A model generated the notes under the pieces. It was not told the DNA's origin and did not search any database. It saw nothing but the letters and a program-made list of their open reading frames with translations. 64,000 nt of DNA from a virus, in IMG/VR virus record IMGVR_UViG_3300045988_154040, one strand, 5' to 3'. Of the stretch, positions 16,034 to 25,889 are shown piece by piece (position 1 is the first letter of the stretch; each line of letters opens with the position of its first letter). The position numbers and the translations under genes were made by a program.

Positions 16034-19000
16034 ATGCAAAATAGTAGAAGAAAAATATTTAAGATTTCTACAGAGAGATTAGCTTCTAACAATTGGGATA
16101 TTAAGTTAGACCAAAAATTAGCTGTAAGGTTAGATGAATTAGTAGATTTATTTGATAATCAGTCTTTTAGGTTGTTGGATATTATTTCCAAAGCTTACAA
16201 ATCCAATCTTACAGATAAAGTGCTGGCAGTAGAAATATCTAAGAAAAAAGATTATGCCAGGGCTACTTCTCCAAAAGGCATTTATGTAAATGGTTTTAAT
16301 TTCCAATGGTTTGTAGGAACTACAGGAGGATTGAAAAATGAAACTATTTTATTTGTTCGTTCTGACCTTTTAGAAGAATTAGATAAAAGATGTGAATGCG
16401 GCAGAAAAAAAGATTATAAACTGGTTCCTGCAAAGTACGAAGCTTATAAATCTCTTACTTGTTCTGCATCTTTAGAAATTGTGGAACCTAGAGATGTACT
16501 TGTGGTTTCTGATTGTTTTGTTGATTTTTATGACAATGTAATCAATATAGATGATACAAACAATGACGAACCAGAAGTAACAATATTGGAAAATATTTTA
16601 CTTGAAAACAATGGTAGTGATGGTTTAAATTTATGTACACCAGAATATATGCAGAGAGTAGCAGAAAAACTTAATTTAGATTATATTCCTGCTGGTGGCT
16701 GTTTAAGAAATGCTTGGCTTAAGGGAATGTTGTATGTGTTTGATATTCTTGATTTTGCCGAGAAAATAGCTCAAACTTACGAAGTGAAAGATATTTGGGG
16801 ACATATTCATGATATTCGCAATGTGGATATGATTATTACAGAATCCAGTTTAAAGATTTGGGATAATTATGATAGTTGGGAAGATTATCATAGCAATTAT
16901 ATAAAAAATGGCTATCGTTTCGCCATGACTAAAGTTACACCTAAAGTTTTGGATGATGTAAGAGAAATAAATTATCAGTACTTACAATCTTACGAATTGA
17001 CAGATGAAGATATTAAAGAGTTGGCTAAACCTACTGTTGATTGGCTTAAGCAATCTTTGACTGGCGATTATGAACAAACTTTAAAATTTCTGGGAATAAG
17101 TGAAAAAACAAAGAGTAATGATTATGCACAAGCATTATATCTTAATCCAGAAATGATGAAAGACCCTTATGTAATTGACAGAATTAATAAAATGATAAAG
17201 AAAAAAATCAATAATGCTAAGATTGGTAAATTATTGGTTAATGGAAATTATCAGCTTGTAAGTGGCGACCCTTATGCTTTAATGCAACATGTTTTTGGGT
17301 TAGAAGTTACAGGTCTTTTAGAAGCAAAAGAAGTTTATTCCAAATATTGGAATGATAAAGAAGATGCAGAAGAATTAGTATGTTTTCGTAGTCCTATGAC
17401 AAGTCATAACAATATTCGTAAAATGAAAAGAATTAATAATGATACTGTGAATTATTGGTATCGTCATATGGATACTATATTTATTATTAACAACAAAGAT
17501 ACGTTTTGTATGGCTATGAACGGATGCGATTTTGATTAGTAATATAGTCCTTTGTTTTTTAACAAAGCAAGTGGTGAACCATCAGAGTATGGGTGTATAG
17601 ACTACTTTTTATTTATAAAAAAGGAATTGTAGGAAATGACAATTTGAGTCTGTGCTAACAGGGAAAGCCTAAACTTAATTGTAGATAAGCATGGTAATCC
17701 TGTGGGAAATAAAATAAAAATGTTTGCTTGTTGTAAAACAGAAAACAAACAAAAATATTTTTATTGGAAACCTTAAACGACTATCCCTTGGTCTGGTCGC
17801 AATATAAATACAGACAATAGGAGTAGGGCCATAGCGATATGGTGAGTGAAAACCTCTTAAATCGAAGTGCCACTGAACAAATATTGCAATTTAATATTTG
17901 TGAAAGATATAGTCTATTCCCTCCAAGCAATATTGGAGTTAAAGTACTGGGAAACCAGGGGTATTAAAGGGAGATGCAATTTATTCTACAAATAATTCAG
18001 TATTGTTAAGAAAATATAAGGAACTATTGGCTATTCAGTGTGTACAAAGAAAAGCAGAAAAACAAATTGTTACTAGGTCTATGATAAAAAAGAGCAATTA
18101 CAAAGGATTGGGAAATGGGGTTGGTAAAATTACCAACGATGTATCCAGTATGATTGATATTCTCTTTGGGTTACAAAAGGGTACAATTGAGTACGAGACA
18201 CTTTACAAACGTATTCTATGTGGTCAGCTATTTCAGCAAAATGAATTGGATTAACCTAAAAAATTGAGTCCAATTAAAAATCGGTGAACCTAGAAATCTA
18301 GGGTGTTTATTCTACGTGCAGGAGCGGAATTGTAGTAAATGACAATTTGAGAATAAGCTAACAGGGAAAATCTTAATAATAAAAATATTAATATAAAATA
18401 ATAAAAAAAGAGGTGAAAAATAAATGAAAAGAAAAGATTTAACAAATAATATTTATGGATGTTTAAAAGTATTATCTATAAATGAAGAAGAAACAAAACA
18501 GCAATTTAAAAAAATTATTATTAAGACAATCCTGTGCCAAGCTTAAAGAGAAATCTTTTTGAAGGTTAAACGACTAAGACATACGACCTAAGTTTTATAA
18601 AAAATATGGTTATGAAGTCTGTAGCTTTAAGGTGAAATTCCTTATTGCGAAGCGCCGATTGCCATTAGAATATTAATGGTAATGATATAGTCTATTCTCT
18701 ATGGTGACATAGAGTAGTAAAGAAATTAAAGGGTATTATTGCTAAAGATATGCCAAAGAATTGGTATATGAGGAATCATTGTAAAACAGAAATTGATAAA
18801 AAAATAGTTGCTGATAAAAAACCATATTATTTCATGTATAATTATCCTACTATAAAAAAAGATTATGATAATTATATTAAACATAGTAATAATAAATGTT
18901 TGATGTTATATGGATGTACCGTAGAAGAATTAGAAGCAAAATATTTGGAGAATCCAGAAATTTTTTCTGAGAACTGTAAAGAGTTTTTATATTGGTATCA

Positions 19001-19448
19001 TGCACAAATGCCAGTTAATTGTTCTCCATCTACAATGAATCGTTTATGTTGGTATATTGAATCTGAGTTTAATGGATATGTCACTCAATTAAAGAATCAA
19101 AATTTTGACTATACTTTTTTAAAGAATAATAAAGTTGTTCGATATCCAAAAGCAAAAAAAGAAGAAATTGAAAAATTAGAAAAAGAATATGTACGCAGAA
19201 TTAAAAACTTTAAAATAATTGCCAAAGAAAATAATTTATCTGCTGAAGAAGCTAATAAAAAGACAGAAGCATTACAACAAGAATTTAGAGATGAAGCAAT
19301 AAAAATTTGTTCTAATAAATGGCAATTGATGAATATAGTATTAGATTTATGCTATGGAAAGAATAAGAACAAATATTTTTGTTGGGCTGTTATTGGAGAT
19401 TTAATAATTGAAAAATTAAAAGAAGATGGAGAGAAAGAAAATGAATAA
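16034..19448 (+). CDS. YonO-like single-subunit (two-barrel) RNA polymerase in three exons: join(16034..17536,17970..18251,18732..19448), 833 aa
   Basis: Exon 1 ends ...AMNGCDFD and exon 2 begins GDAIYS.... The restored NGCDFDGD resembles the NADFDGD/DxDGD metal loop. The size is close to SPbeta YonO (recalled). HU-like genes lie downstream, as yonN lies next to yonO. Confidence 0.6.
17537..17969 (+). mobile_element. group I intron (no ORF) in the RNAP gene
   Basis: R-like TTAAACGACTATCCC at 17773-17787 and S-like AAGATATAGTC at 17904-17914 give P7 GACTAT/ATAGTC. P1 is GAT|TA (17534-17538) with TAGTC (17545-17549), including U.G at the splice site. The intron ends in G17969, and the junction restores the reading frame. 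Confidence 0.75.
18252..18731 (+). mobile_element. group I intron with a degenerate homing-endonuclease remnant in the RNAP gene
   Basis: P1 is AATTGGAT (18244-18251) with GTCCAATT (18268-18275). R-like TTAAACGACTA at 18566-18576 and S-like TGATATAGTC at 18683-18692. It shares the block GGAATTGTAG(G/T)AAATGACAATTTGAG...GCTAACAGGGAAA with intron 1. A 40-aa ORF at 18424-18546 (MKRKDLTNNIYGCLKVLSI...) looks like the N-terminus of a homing endonuclease. Confidence 0.7.
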
Positions 19449-20178
19449 AATAGTAGTAAATGAAAAAAAATATGTATTAGATGCTTTGAATGGCACTGAA
19501 AAACCTGATATTGGGTTTTATTCTTTTCTTAATTTGATATCTAAATATTATGCGGCTCAATGTGATACAGCAGAAGAAACAATTTACAATGTAGACGAAC
19601 AGATGAAGAAACTTTATAAAGAAGAATATTTAAAAGAAAAATGGTATGTGTATATTTCTGGAATATTCAAAAAGGTAAAAGAAGGAATTACCGGAATTAA
19701 TGATAGAGAAGATGTAGTGGTTTACACATGGGATATGTGTCAAGTGTTTAAAGGAGAAACCGACCAGGAGCGTAAGCTATTGTTTTCAGCCTATGTTATA
19801 GCGCATTACATGGGGTGTAACGGCTGGTTAAATACTAAGACTAGTAAAAGTATCGCTAACTGGTTTGAAATAGCTAATGTGGCTTGTACTGGTTCAGATA
19901 GATTTCTTCTTTTAGGAGAAATGAAAAAGAAAGGATTAATAGAAACTACAAAAAAGTGTGATAACTTAAATATAAGAGTAAATATGCTTTCTGAGTATTT
20001 TGGAGAAACCCCGGTATTTAGAATTACTGAGTTAGAAAATCTAGGTAACTTATTAATAGCCACATATAAGGATGGATATAAGCAGTGTAAGTGTGGCAGA
20101 TTAATAAAAATTAATTCAAATAGACAGACGATGTGTAGATTTTGTGCTTCAAAAATTGACCAAAAAAGAGAGGGGTAG
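19426..20178 (+). CDS. hypothetical protein with C-terminal zinc ribbon
   Basis: C-terminus CKCGRLIKINSNRQTMCRFC; the start overlaps the end of the RNAP gene. Confidence 0.6.
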   Translation: MERKKMNKIVVNEKKYVLDALNGTEKPDIGFYSFLNLISKYYAAQCDTAEETIYNVDEQMKKLYKEEYLKEKWYVYISGIFKKVKEGITGINDREDVVVYTWDMCQVFKGETDQERKLLFSAYVIAHYMGCNGWLNTKTSKSIANWFEIANVACTGSDRFLLLGEMKKKGLIETTKKCDNLNIRVNMLSEYFGETPVFRITELENLGNLLIATYKDGYKQCKCGRLIKINSNRQTMCRFCASKIDQKREG

Positions 20179-20381
20179 AAGAAATAAGTACGAAAAAATA
20201 GGAATTAGAGGGTGTTAAAAAAGATAATAAAAACTATTGAAAAAATAGTCATAAAAATTCAAATGACTTTGATTTGTTATAAGGGAGTAACAAAGAAACC
20301 AAAAGTAAATTGAGGATGTAAACTCGATAAAGAGTTGCAATCCTTAACAGAATAAAAAGAATTTAAAGGAGAATTAAAATT

Positions 20382-20735
20382 ATGGCAAAGAAAGTAATCA
20401 AGGTAACTGACATGACTTCCGCAGAACTGGTAAAGGCTATTGCGGCAAAATCTGGTGCATCTCAGGTGCAGACAAAGGCGGTTCTGAGCGCTATGGGCGA
20501 AGTTTGTAGAGAGTGTGCCGCCGCAGGTAAGAAGTTCAATCTGTTTGGCCTGGGAAAGATGGGATTTGCTCAGATTAATGGTAAGCCAGAGAGAAATGGT
20601 GTTATCAATCCTAGAACCGGAGAGAAGGGCCTGCTTCCTGAAACTCCTTCTTATACCAAGCCTGTATTTAAGGTTTCTAAGAGTTTAGTGGATGAAATTA
20701 AGGAATCTACCAAGGGCCGCCCATTTGTAAAGTAA
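20382..20735 (+). CDS. HU/IHF-family DNA-binding protein
   Basis: ELVKAIAAKSGASQVQTKAVLSAMGEV...FNLFGLGKMGF...RNGVINPRTGEKGLLPETPSYTKPVFKVSKSL follows the HU pattern, including the RNPxTGE arm. Local GC is visibly higher than in the surrounding sequence. Confidence 0.85.
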   Translation: MAKKVIKVTDMTSAELVKAIAAKSGASQVQTKAVLSAMGEVCRECAAAGKKFNLFGLGKMGFAQINGKPERNGVINPRTGEKGLLPETPSYTKPVFKVSKSLVDEIKESTKGRPFVK

Positions 20736-20794
20736 GTTTCAACATTTTTTTAAAAATAAATTTTAATTAATGTTGTGAGATTGGAGATTACCTT

Positions 20795-21295
20795 ATGGCA
20801 AGGACAGGAGCATCCAAAGCGAATGCGTTGACTTTGAGAGAAATCTCTGACCTTATAGCCGTTTCAGTAAAAAAACAGGGAAAAACTGTTACTGCTGAAA
20901 CGGCTAAACTTTGCTATTTGGCTTTAATTGAAATTATAGCTGACGAACTTAAACGTAATGGAAAGTTCGTTATCACTAACATAGGTAGTTTGGAAACATA
21001 TATGTTTGGTGGATTTATGCGAAACAGTTATAATGTTCAGACTAAAGAACATAAATTAGAAAAAGTGCCAGAAACAGTTGTAGTAAAGTTTAATCCGTCT
21101 GATTATATAAAGGCATATCTCAATAATAGAGAAATACCTTTAGGAATGAGGCGGAGAAGCAAAGAAGTTGAAAAAAAGGCCAGAGTAAGCAAAACAAAAA
21201 AAGAATTACTTAAAAAAGAAATGGCTGTAAAAAAGAAGAAAAAATACGAAAAAATTGTTCAACCTATAGAAATTGATGTGGAAGAGGAAGATTAA
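20795..21295 (+). CDS. second HU/IHF-like protein with a Lys-rich C-terminal tail
   Basis: LREISDLIAVS...AKLCYLALIEIIADELKRNGKFVITNIGSLE... is followed by a KKKKKYEK-type basic tail. Confidence 0.65.
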   Translation: MARTGASKANALTLREISDLIAVSVKKQGKTVTAETAKLCYLALIEIIADELKRNGKFVITNIGSLETYMFGGFMRNSYNVQTKEHKLEKVPETVVVKFNPSDYIKAYLNNREIPLGMRRRSKEVEKKARVSKTKKELLKKEMAVKKKKKYEKIVQPIEIDVEEED

Positions 21296-21317
21296 TTTAG
21301 TAGTATAAACATAAAAG

Positions 21318-21420
21318 TGAAGGTAAAATTAAGTTTGATAATCGAGTGTGGGTATAATGAAGATTCCGTTAGGAAAAGAGCCACTTTAAGATTACAAACT
21401 TAATTTTACCTTCATTTTTT
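21318..21420 (+). terminator. 20-bp perfect stem, 57-nt loop, T6 tract (terminator or structured RNA)
   Basis: TGAAGGTAAAATTAAGTTTG (21318-21337) pairs with CAAACTTAATTTTACCTTCA (21395-21414), followed by TTTTTT. Confidence 0.5.
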
Positions 21421-21453
21421 GACATTTTAATTTTAATACATAAATAAAAAAGA

Positions 21454-22362
21454 ATGGAAGTGATTGCGATGGCCACAGTTGTTAAAAAAATTCGTCCCAT
21501 AACTGATTCTTATTGTATTAGGTGCAATAGACAGTATCCAATAGAAAATTTTTACAAAAGTGATAATATTCATCACACTACAGGAGTAATGCCTTATTGT
21601 AAAAATTGTACTAAGGAAATGTATCAGGACAATTTAAAAAGATTTAAAGATATAAGAAGTGCTTTATGGGTGACATGCAGTGAAGTTGGAATACCCTTTA
21701 TGGAAAAAGTCTATGATAATCTTATGGAAAAAGTTAAAAAAGCTCGTGATGAAAAAGTTTTAACCAGTACATATAACTATTGGGGAAATTTTATTTCTAG
21801 TTATATGGGATTAAAGAAAAAAACAGATAAATGGGATAGTTTTGGAGTAACAGATGTAGATAAATCCGAAGCTATTTTAGATATTAGTCAAGAAAAATTA
21901 AGAAAAGAAAAACTCAAACAGTTTATTTTAGACTGGGGAGAACAAGATGAAGATGATTATGCGTATCTTGAATATCGGTGGGATTTTTATACAGAAGATA
22001 TAAACCTTACTCCTGCTCAGGAGAGTTTGTATAGAAAATTATGTATTTCAGAGTTAGATTATCGTAAAGCAAAAGAAAATGAAGAAAGCGGAAAAGAACA
22101 GCAAGAATCTATTCTTAAGCTTATGAAAACATTAAAAATTGATAATTTTACTCAAAAGAAAGAAAAAACTCTTACAGAACAAATGCTGGAAAAACAGATT
22201 TGGGAGATTGAGAACACCACTCCGGCTGAATGTGAAGATTTGAATAAATACAAAGATTTTTGTAATATTGAATCTGATTGGTTTAAGTATATTGTTTCTG
22301 CTGTTAAGAATTTGATTGCAGGAACGAAAGAATATCCTCTAATTCCCAGAAAACGTGATTAG
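21454..22362 (+). CDS. zinc-finger protein; candidate small terminase by position only
   Basis: CIRCNRQ...CKNCTKE at the N-terminus; lies immediately upstream of TerL. Confidence 0.4.
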   Translation: MEVIAMATVVKKIRPITDSYCIRCNRQYPIENFYKSDNIHHTTGVMPYCKNCTKEMYQDNLKRFKDIRSALWVTCSEVGIPFMEKVYDNLMEKVKKARDEKVLTSTYNYWGNFISSYMGLKKKTDKWDSFGVTDVDKSEAILDISQEKLRKEKLKQFILDWGEQDEDDYAYLEYRWDFYTEDINLTPAQESLYRKLCISELDYRKAKENEESGKEQQESILKLMKTLKIDNFTQKKEKTLTEQMLEKQIWEIENTTPAECEDLNKYKDFCNIESDWFKYIVSAVKNLIAGTKEYPLIPRKRD

Positions 22363-22376
22363 TAGGAGGATAAATT

Positions 22377-25300
22377 ATGAATGAAAATGAAGAAATAGAA
22401 TTTAAACAACCTACTATAACAGAATTAATTGAAGAACGTAAAAGAAAAAATGAAGCAAAGAAAAAGAAAAATAAAAAAATACCTTATGAACAAAGAAGAA
22501 AAAATATTATAGAATGGACTACTTTTTATAGACGTAATTGGAATCTTTATGCAGTGCATAGATTAATGTTGTCTCTATACCCTTTTCAGCATATTATGCT
22601 TTATTTAATGGGTATAAGTAGTACATTTTTTGCTATATGTAGTCGAGGTTTATCAAAAACCTTTATTGTGGCATTAGGTGCGTTAATTCATGGATTGCTT
22701 TATCCTTATGCAGAAGTGGTTATTACTTCTTCTACTATTCCACAGGCCAAGAAAATGGTAGATAAGAAAATGGAGAATGAATTGTGTAAAAAACTTTCTC
22801 CATTGTTACAATATTATTATGAACATGAAGATATTAAATTTTCATATAGTGATAATGAGATAAAAGTTGAAATTAAACCAACAAATTCAACTATTTTAGT
22901 ACTTCCTTGTTTGGACAGTGCTAGAGGTGGAAACATTAAGTTGCACAACTCGCCTCTCTGGTTGGTGACAATCAGTAAAAATAAATTGGGAAAGAAACCT
23001 GGAAACCTGAAATGGTAATCAGAATGGAAGGATACGTGTAATAGCGTATTCACATGCAGAGCGTAGACATTGAACCTGTTTGAATCAGAATATAATATGT
23101 CCAAGAGTTCCCAACCCTTTAAATATAAAGGTGAAAAGGTACGCCGACCTTGCTAGAAATACAATAGCAAGAACTATGGGATAAAAAGCCCATAGGATAA
23201 CATTTGGAACGTGCAACTTTTCTTATATATGAAGAATGTAGACTTTTGAAAAAGACTATTATAGATAGTGTTTTTCAGAAAATGGCCCATCCACGTCAAG
23301 CTAAATTTTTAACTTTATCAGAATATCAAGATGAAGATGGAAAACCTTTATCTCGATGGTTAGAGGAATGTAAATCTGTTTATATTACTTCTGCTAGATT
23401 CAAGATAGAATGGTTTTGGACGGAATTTAAAAAAGTAGTTCAACAATGTATGATATCTAATAAGCATAAATATAATTTCTTTGCAGGAAATATATTTTTA
23501 GCAATATTATATGGTTTAAAAACATGGCAAGATTATTTTCATGCCAAAGAATTTGATAGTGATATAGACCATAGAACAGAGGATTTAAATGAAATGATAG
23601 GGGAAGCAGATGGAGCTTTCTTTTCTATGGAATCTTTTAAAAAGAACCAAATTATACGTAATGCTTTTAAACCTCCTACTATATTGGATTTATATTCTAA
23701 TGTAGATTTAGGAAACAGACCCAAGAAAGATGGAGAAAAACGATTAATATTCATTGACTATGCTTTTGCGAATACTACATCAAATTCTAAAAATGATAAC
23801 AGTGTTATTGGCTGTATGTCTGTTATTTTTAGAGATGATGGGAAAACCTTAAGGGAAGTAGATTATATAGGTACTCACCCCGCAGGAGACAGTATAGGAT
23901 TTAACTTGAAAATTAGAGAATTTTTCTTTGATTATCAAGCTGACTATATTGTATTGGATTAATTCTGAGGTCCACTTTTATGGTGACATAAAATGAATAA
24001 ATGTGTTGAATTGCTGGAAACCCCTAAAGCCACATGAACCACAACGTAAGTATGAAATAAGACTAAGCGTGATGGTGACGAAAGTAGAAAAAATCATGTG
24101 GATGGCATAAGGTTAAATCCTAAGTGCTTTAAAATGGGCAATCAGCCGCCAAGCTCTGAATAGGAGAAGGTTCAACGACTATCCCGCAAGGGAGTACACT
24201 GCAAGCGATTGGCAGTGGAAGTGGCACACATCTTATGAAATTAAGATGAAGATATAGTCTGCTCTATATGGAAACATATAGTATCTAACGTGTAGCGGCG
24301 TTTTCTTAACTTATAAAAAGTAAATAAGACAGAGGGTAGCTCCCTTTTCTTGTACTGCAATACAGGATTATTATTTACTTTTTATCATATCTTTTTGCAG
24401 AAAGGTTTAAGGTAGAAATTATGAAAATTTGGGAAGTAAATTCTAGTAAGCGTTTTAATTTTGGTTGTATTTATTTATGGACTAATCTTATTAATGGTAA
24501 ACATTATGTTGGACAGACAGTTAATTTTTATCAACGTATTCAACGATATAAGAAAGGTTTAATTAATTCTTATATGAAAGAAGATATTGATAAATATGGT
24601 ATGGAAAATTTTAAAGTTGAAATATTGGAAAGGATAGAAGATATTTCAAATGAAGATTTCCTTACTGAAAGAGAGCAATATTGGATGGATTATTATCAGT
24701 CTTATGATTTAGAAAAAGGCTATAATATATTTGATGTTGCTGGCAATGTCTGTTATTTAAAACGTAGTGATACTATTAAAGAAAGATTTTGTGGAGAAGG
24801 AAATGGAATGTATGGTAAACATCATTCTGATGAATGGAAACAAAATCATTCTGATTGCGTAAAAGGTTTGTGGAAAAAAGAAGAATATAGAAAAGTTCAG
24901 ACAGAAAGGATGCAAGGAGAAAATAATCCTATGTATGGGGTATCTTTAGATGGTGAGAAAAATGGAATGTATGGTAAACATCATTCTGATGAAACCAAAA
25001 GAAAGATAGCTGAAAGTAAAATAGGGAAAACTCATGCACCTACTCATTTTAAAAGAGTGAGATGTGTTGAAACTGGAAAAATCTATAATAGTCAGAGTGA
25101 AGCCGCACAAGAGTATGGCATAACTCCGGCCGCAATCAGTTTAGTTTGTAAAGGTAAAAATAAGACAGCCAAGAAAATGCATTGGGAATTTGTAGACTAA
25201 TCTCAAAAATAGTAATAGAAACAATACAAGACTCAGAAATGGCGGTGAAGTAAATTTTAATGACCTTACTACAATTCTTGAACATCCTCAAAGAGATGAA

Positions 25301-25819
25301 AAACATTGGAATAGTCATGGATTTACTGTTTGTCATGAAAACAAATTGCATGTACTTCCAAAAGCTAAGATTGAAGATTTGAAAAGTAGGGCTGTTGACC
25401 AACAAGCAATTCCTGCTATTATTCCTATTCAGGGTACAGAGGAATTAAACAGTAATATGTGGTTAGACTTACAAAAAGCTCTTAAAGGTGAATATATTCA
25501 TTTCTTAATTGATGAACTTAATTTGGAAACTTTGATGGAAGAAGATTTAAGTTATTTTGATTTAAGTAGCGAAGAAAAAGCAATTATTAAATTGCCTTAT
25601 GTTCATACTCTGGAAATGATAGGTGAAGCTATAAGTCTTAATCAAACCTGGAACGGAGGTAAGGTTAAACTTCATGAACCTACCACAACAGATGCTACAA
25701 AGGATAAAATAGTAGCAGTTAGTTATTGTAACTATATAGCTACTTTACTGGAAAATAAATATGCTATACAAAATCAAAATGATACTAGTATGATTGATAT
25801 AGAACAATTGGTATTTTAA
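22377..25819 (+). CDS. terL: terminase large subunit in three exons: join(22377..22928,23207..23959,25232..25819)
   Basis: Walker A-like AICSRGLSKTF. Junction 1 restores SARG|ERATFLIYEE (Walker B-like). The nuclease domain has IFIDYAF and ADYIVLD|LRNGGEVNFNDL. Confidence 0.85.
22929..23206 (+). mobile_element. short ORF-less group I-like intron in terL
   Basis: P1 is AGAGGT (22923-22928) with GCCTCT (22952-22957), with U.G at the splice site. Candidate P7 is GACAT/ATGTC (about 23066/23095). Terminal hairpins are CTTGCTA..TAGCAAG and CTATGGG..CCCATAG. The intron ends in G23206, and the frame is restored only by this junction. Confidence 0.55.
23960..25231 (+). mobile_element. group I intron carrying a GIY-YIG homing endonuclease gene in terL
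   Basis: The 5' end resembles the T4 td intron as I recall it: TTGGAT|TAATTCTGAGGTCCAC. P1 is TGGAT/GTCCA (23970-23974). P10 is CTGAG (23965-23969) with exon 3 CTCAG (25232-25236). R is TTCAACGACTATCCC at 24171-24185 and S is AAGATATAGTC at 24248-24258. The ORF lies 3' of the core. Confidence 0.8.
24421..25200 (+). CDS. GIY-YIG homing endonuclease (I-TevI-like, NUMOD3 repeats, C-terminal HTH)
   Basis: GCIYLWTNLINGKHYVGQT...R...YKKG. Repeated NGMYGKHHSDE(W/T)K motifs. C-terminus IYNSQSEAAQEYGITPAAISLVCKGK. Confidence 0.9.
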   Translation: MKIWEVNSSKRFNFGCIYLWTNLINGKHYVGQTVNFYQRIQRYKKGLINSYMKEDIDKYGMENFKVEILERIEDISNEDFLTEREQYWMDYYQSYDLEKGYNIFDVAGNVCYLKRSDTIKERFCGEGNGMYGKHHSDEWKQNHSDCVKGLWKKEEYRKVQTERMQGENNPMYGVSLDGEKNGMYGKHHSDETKRKIAESKIGKTHAPTHFKRVRCVETGKIYNSQSEAAQEYGITPAAISLVCKGKNKTAKKMHWEFVD

Positions 25820-25826
25820 CAAATTT

Positions 25827-25848
25827 GGGCTATTTTTTATAGCCCTTT
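25827..25848 (+). terminator. weak hairpin terminator after terL
   Basis: GGGCTA-TTTTTTA-TAGCCC followed by TTT. Confidence 0.4.
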
Positions 25849-25889
25849 ACATATATAAATTTATAAAGAAAGGAGAAAGCTAAATATAA

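Noticed and set aside
22817-23104. 95-aa minus-strand ORF overlapping terL intron 1 as a possible homing endonuclease
   Set aside because: It is antisense to terL, extends into exon 1, and has no RBS or nuclease motif (GIY-YIG, HNH, LAGLIDADG).
17537-25231. Inteins as the cause of the split genes
   Set aside because: The intervening sequences are not in frame with the flanking exons and contain multiple stops, so they cannot be protein-splicing elements.
16034-25819. Stop-codon reassignment (TAG or TGA read as sense) to explain the broken RNAP, terL and nrdD frames
   Set aside because: The gaps contain stops in all frames, carry group I R/S core elements and free-standing endonuclease genes, and other genes terminate normally at TAG (e.g. 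19426-20178). Splicing explains the data better.
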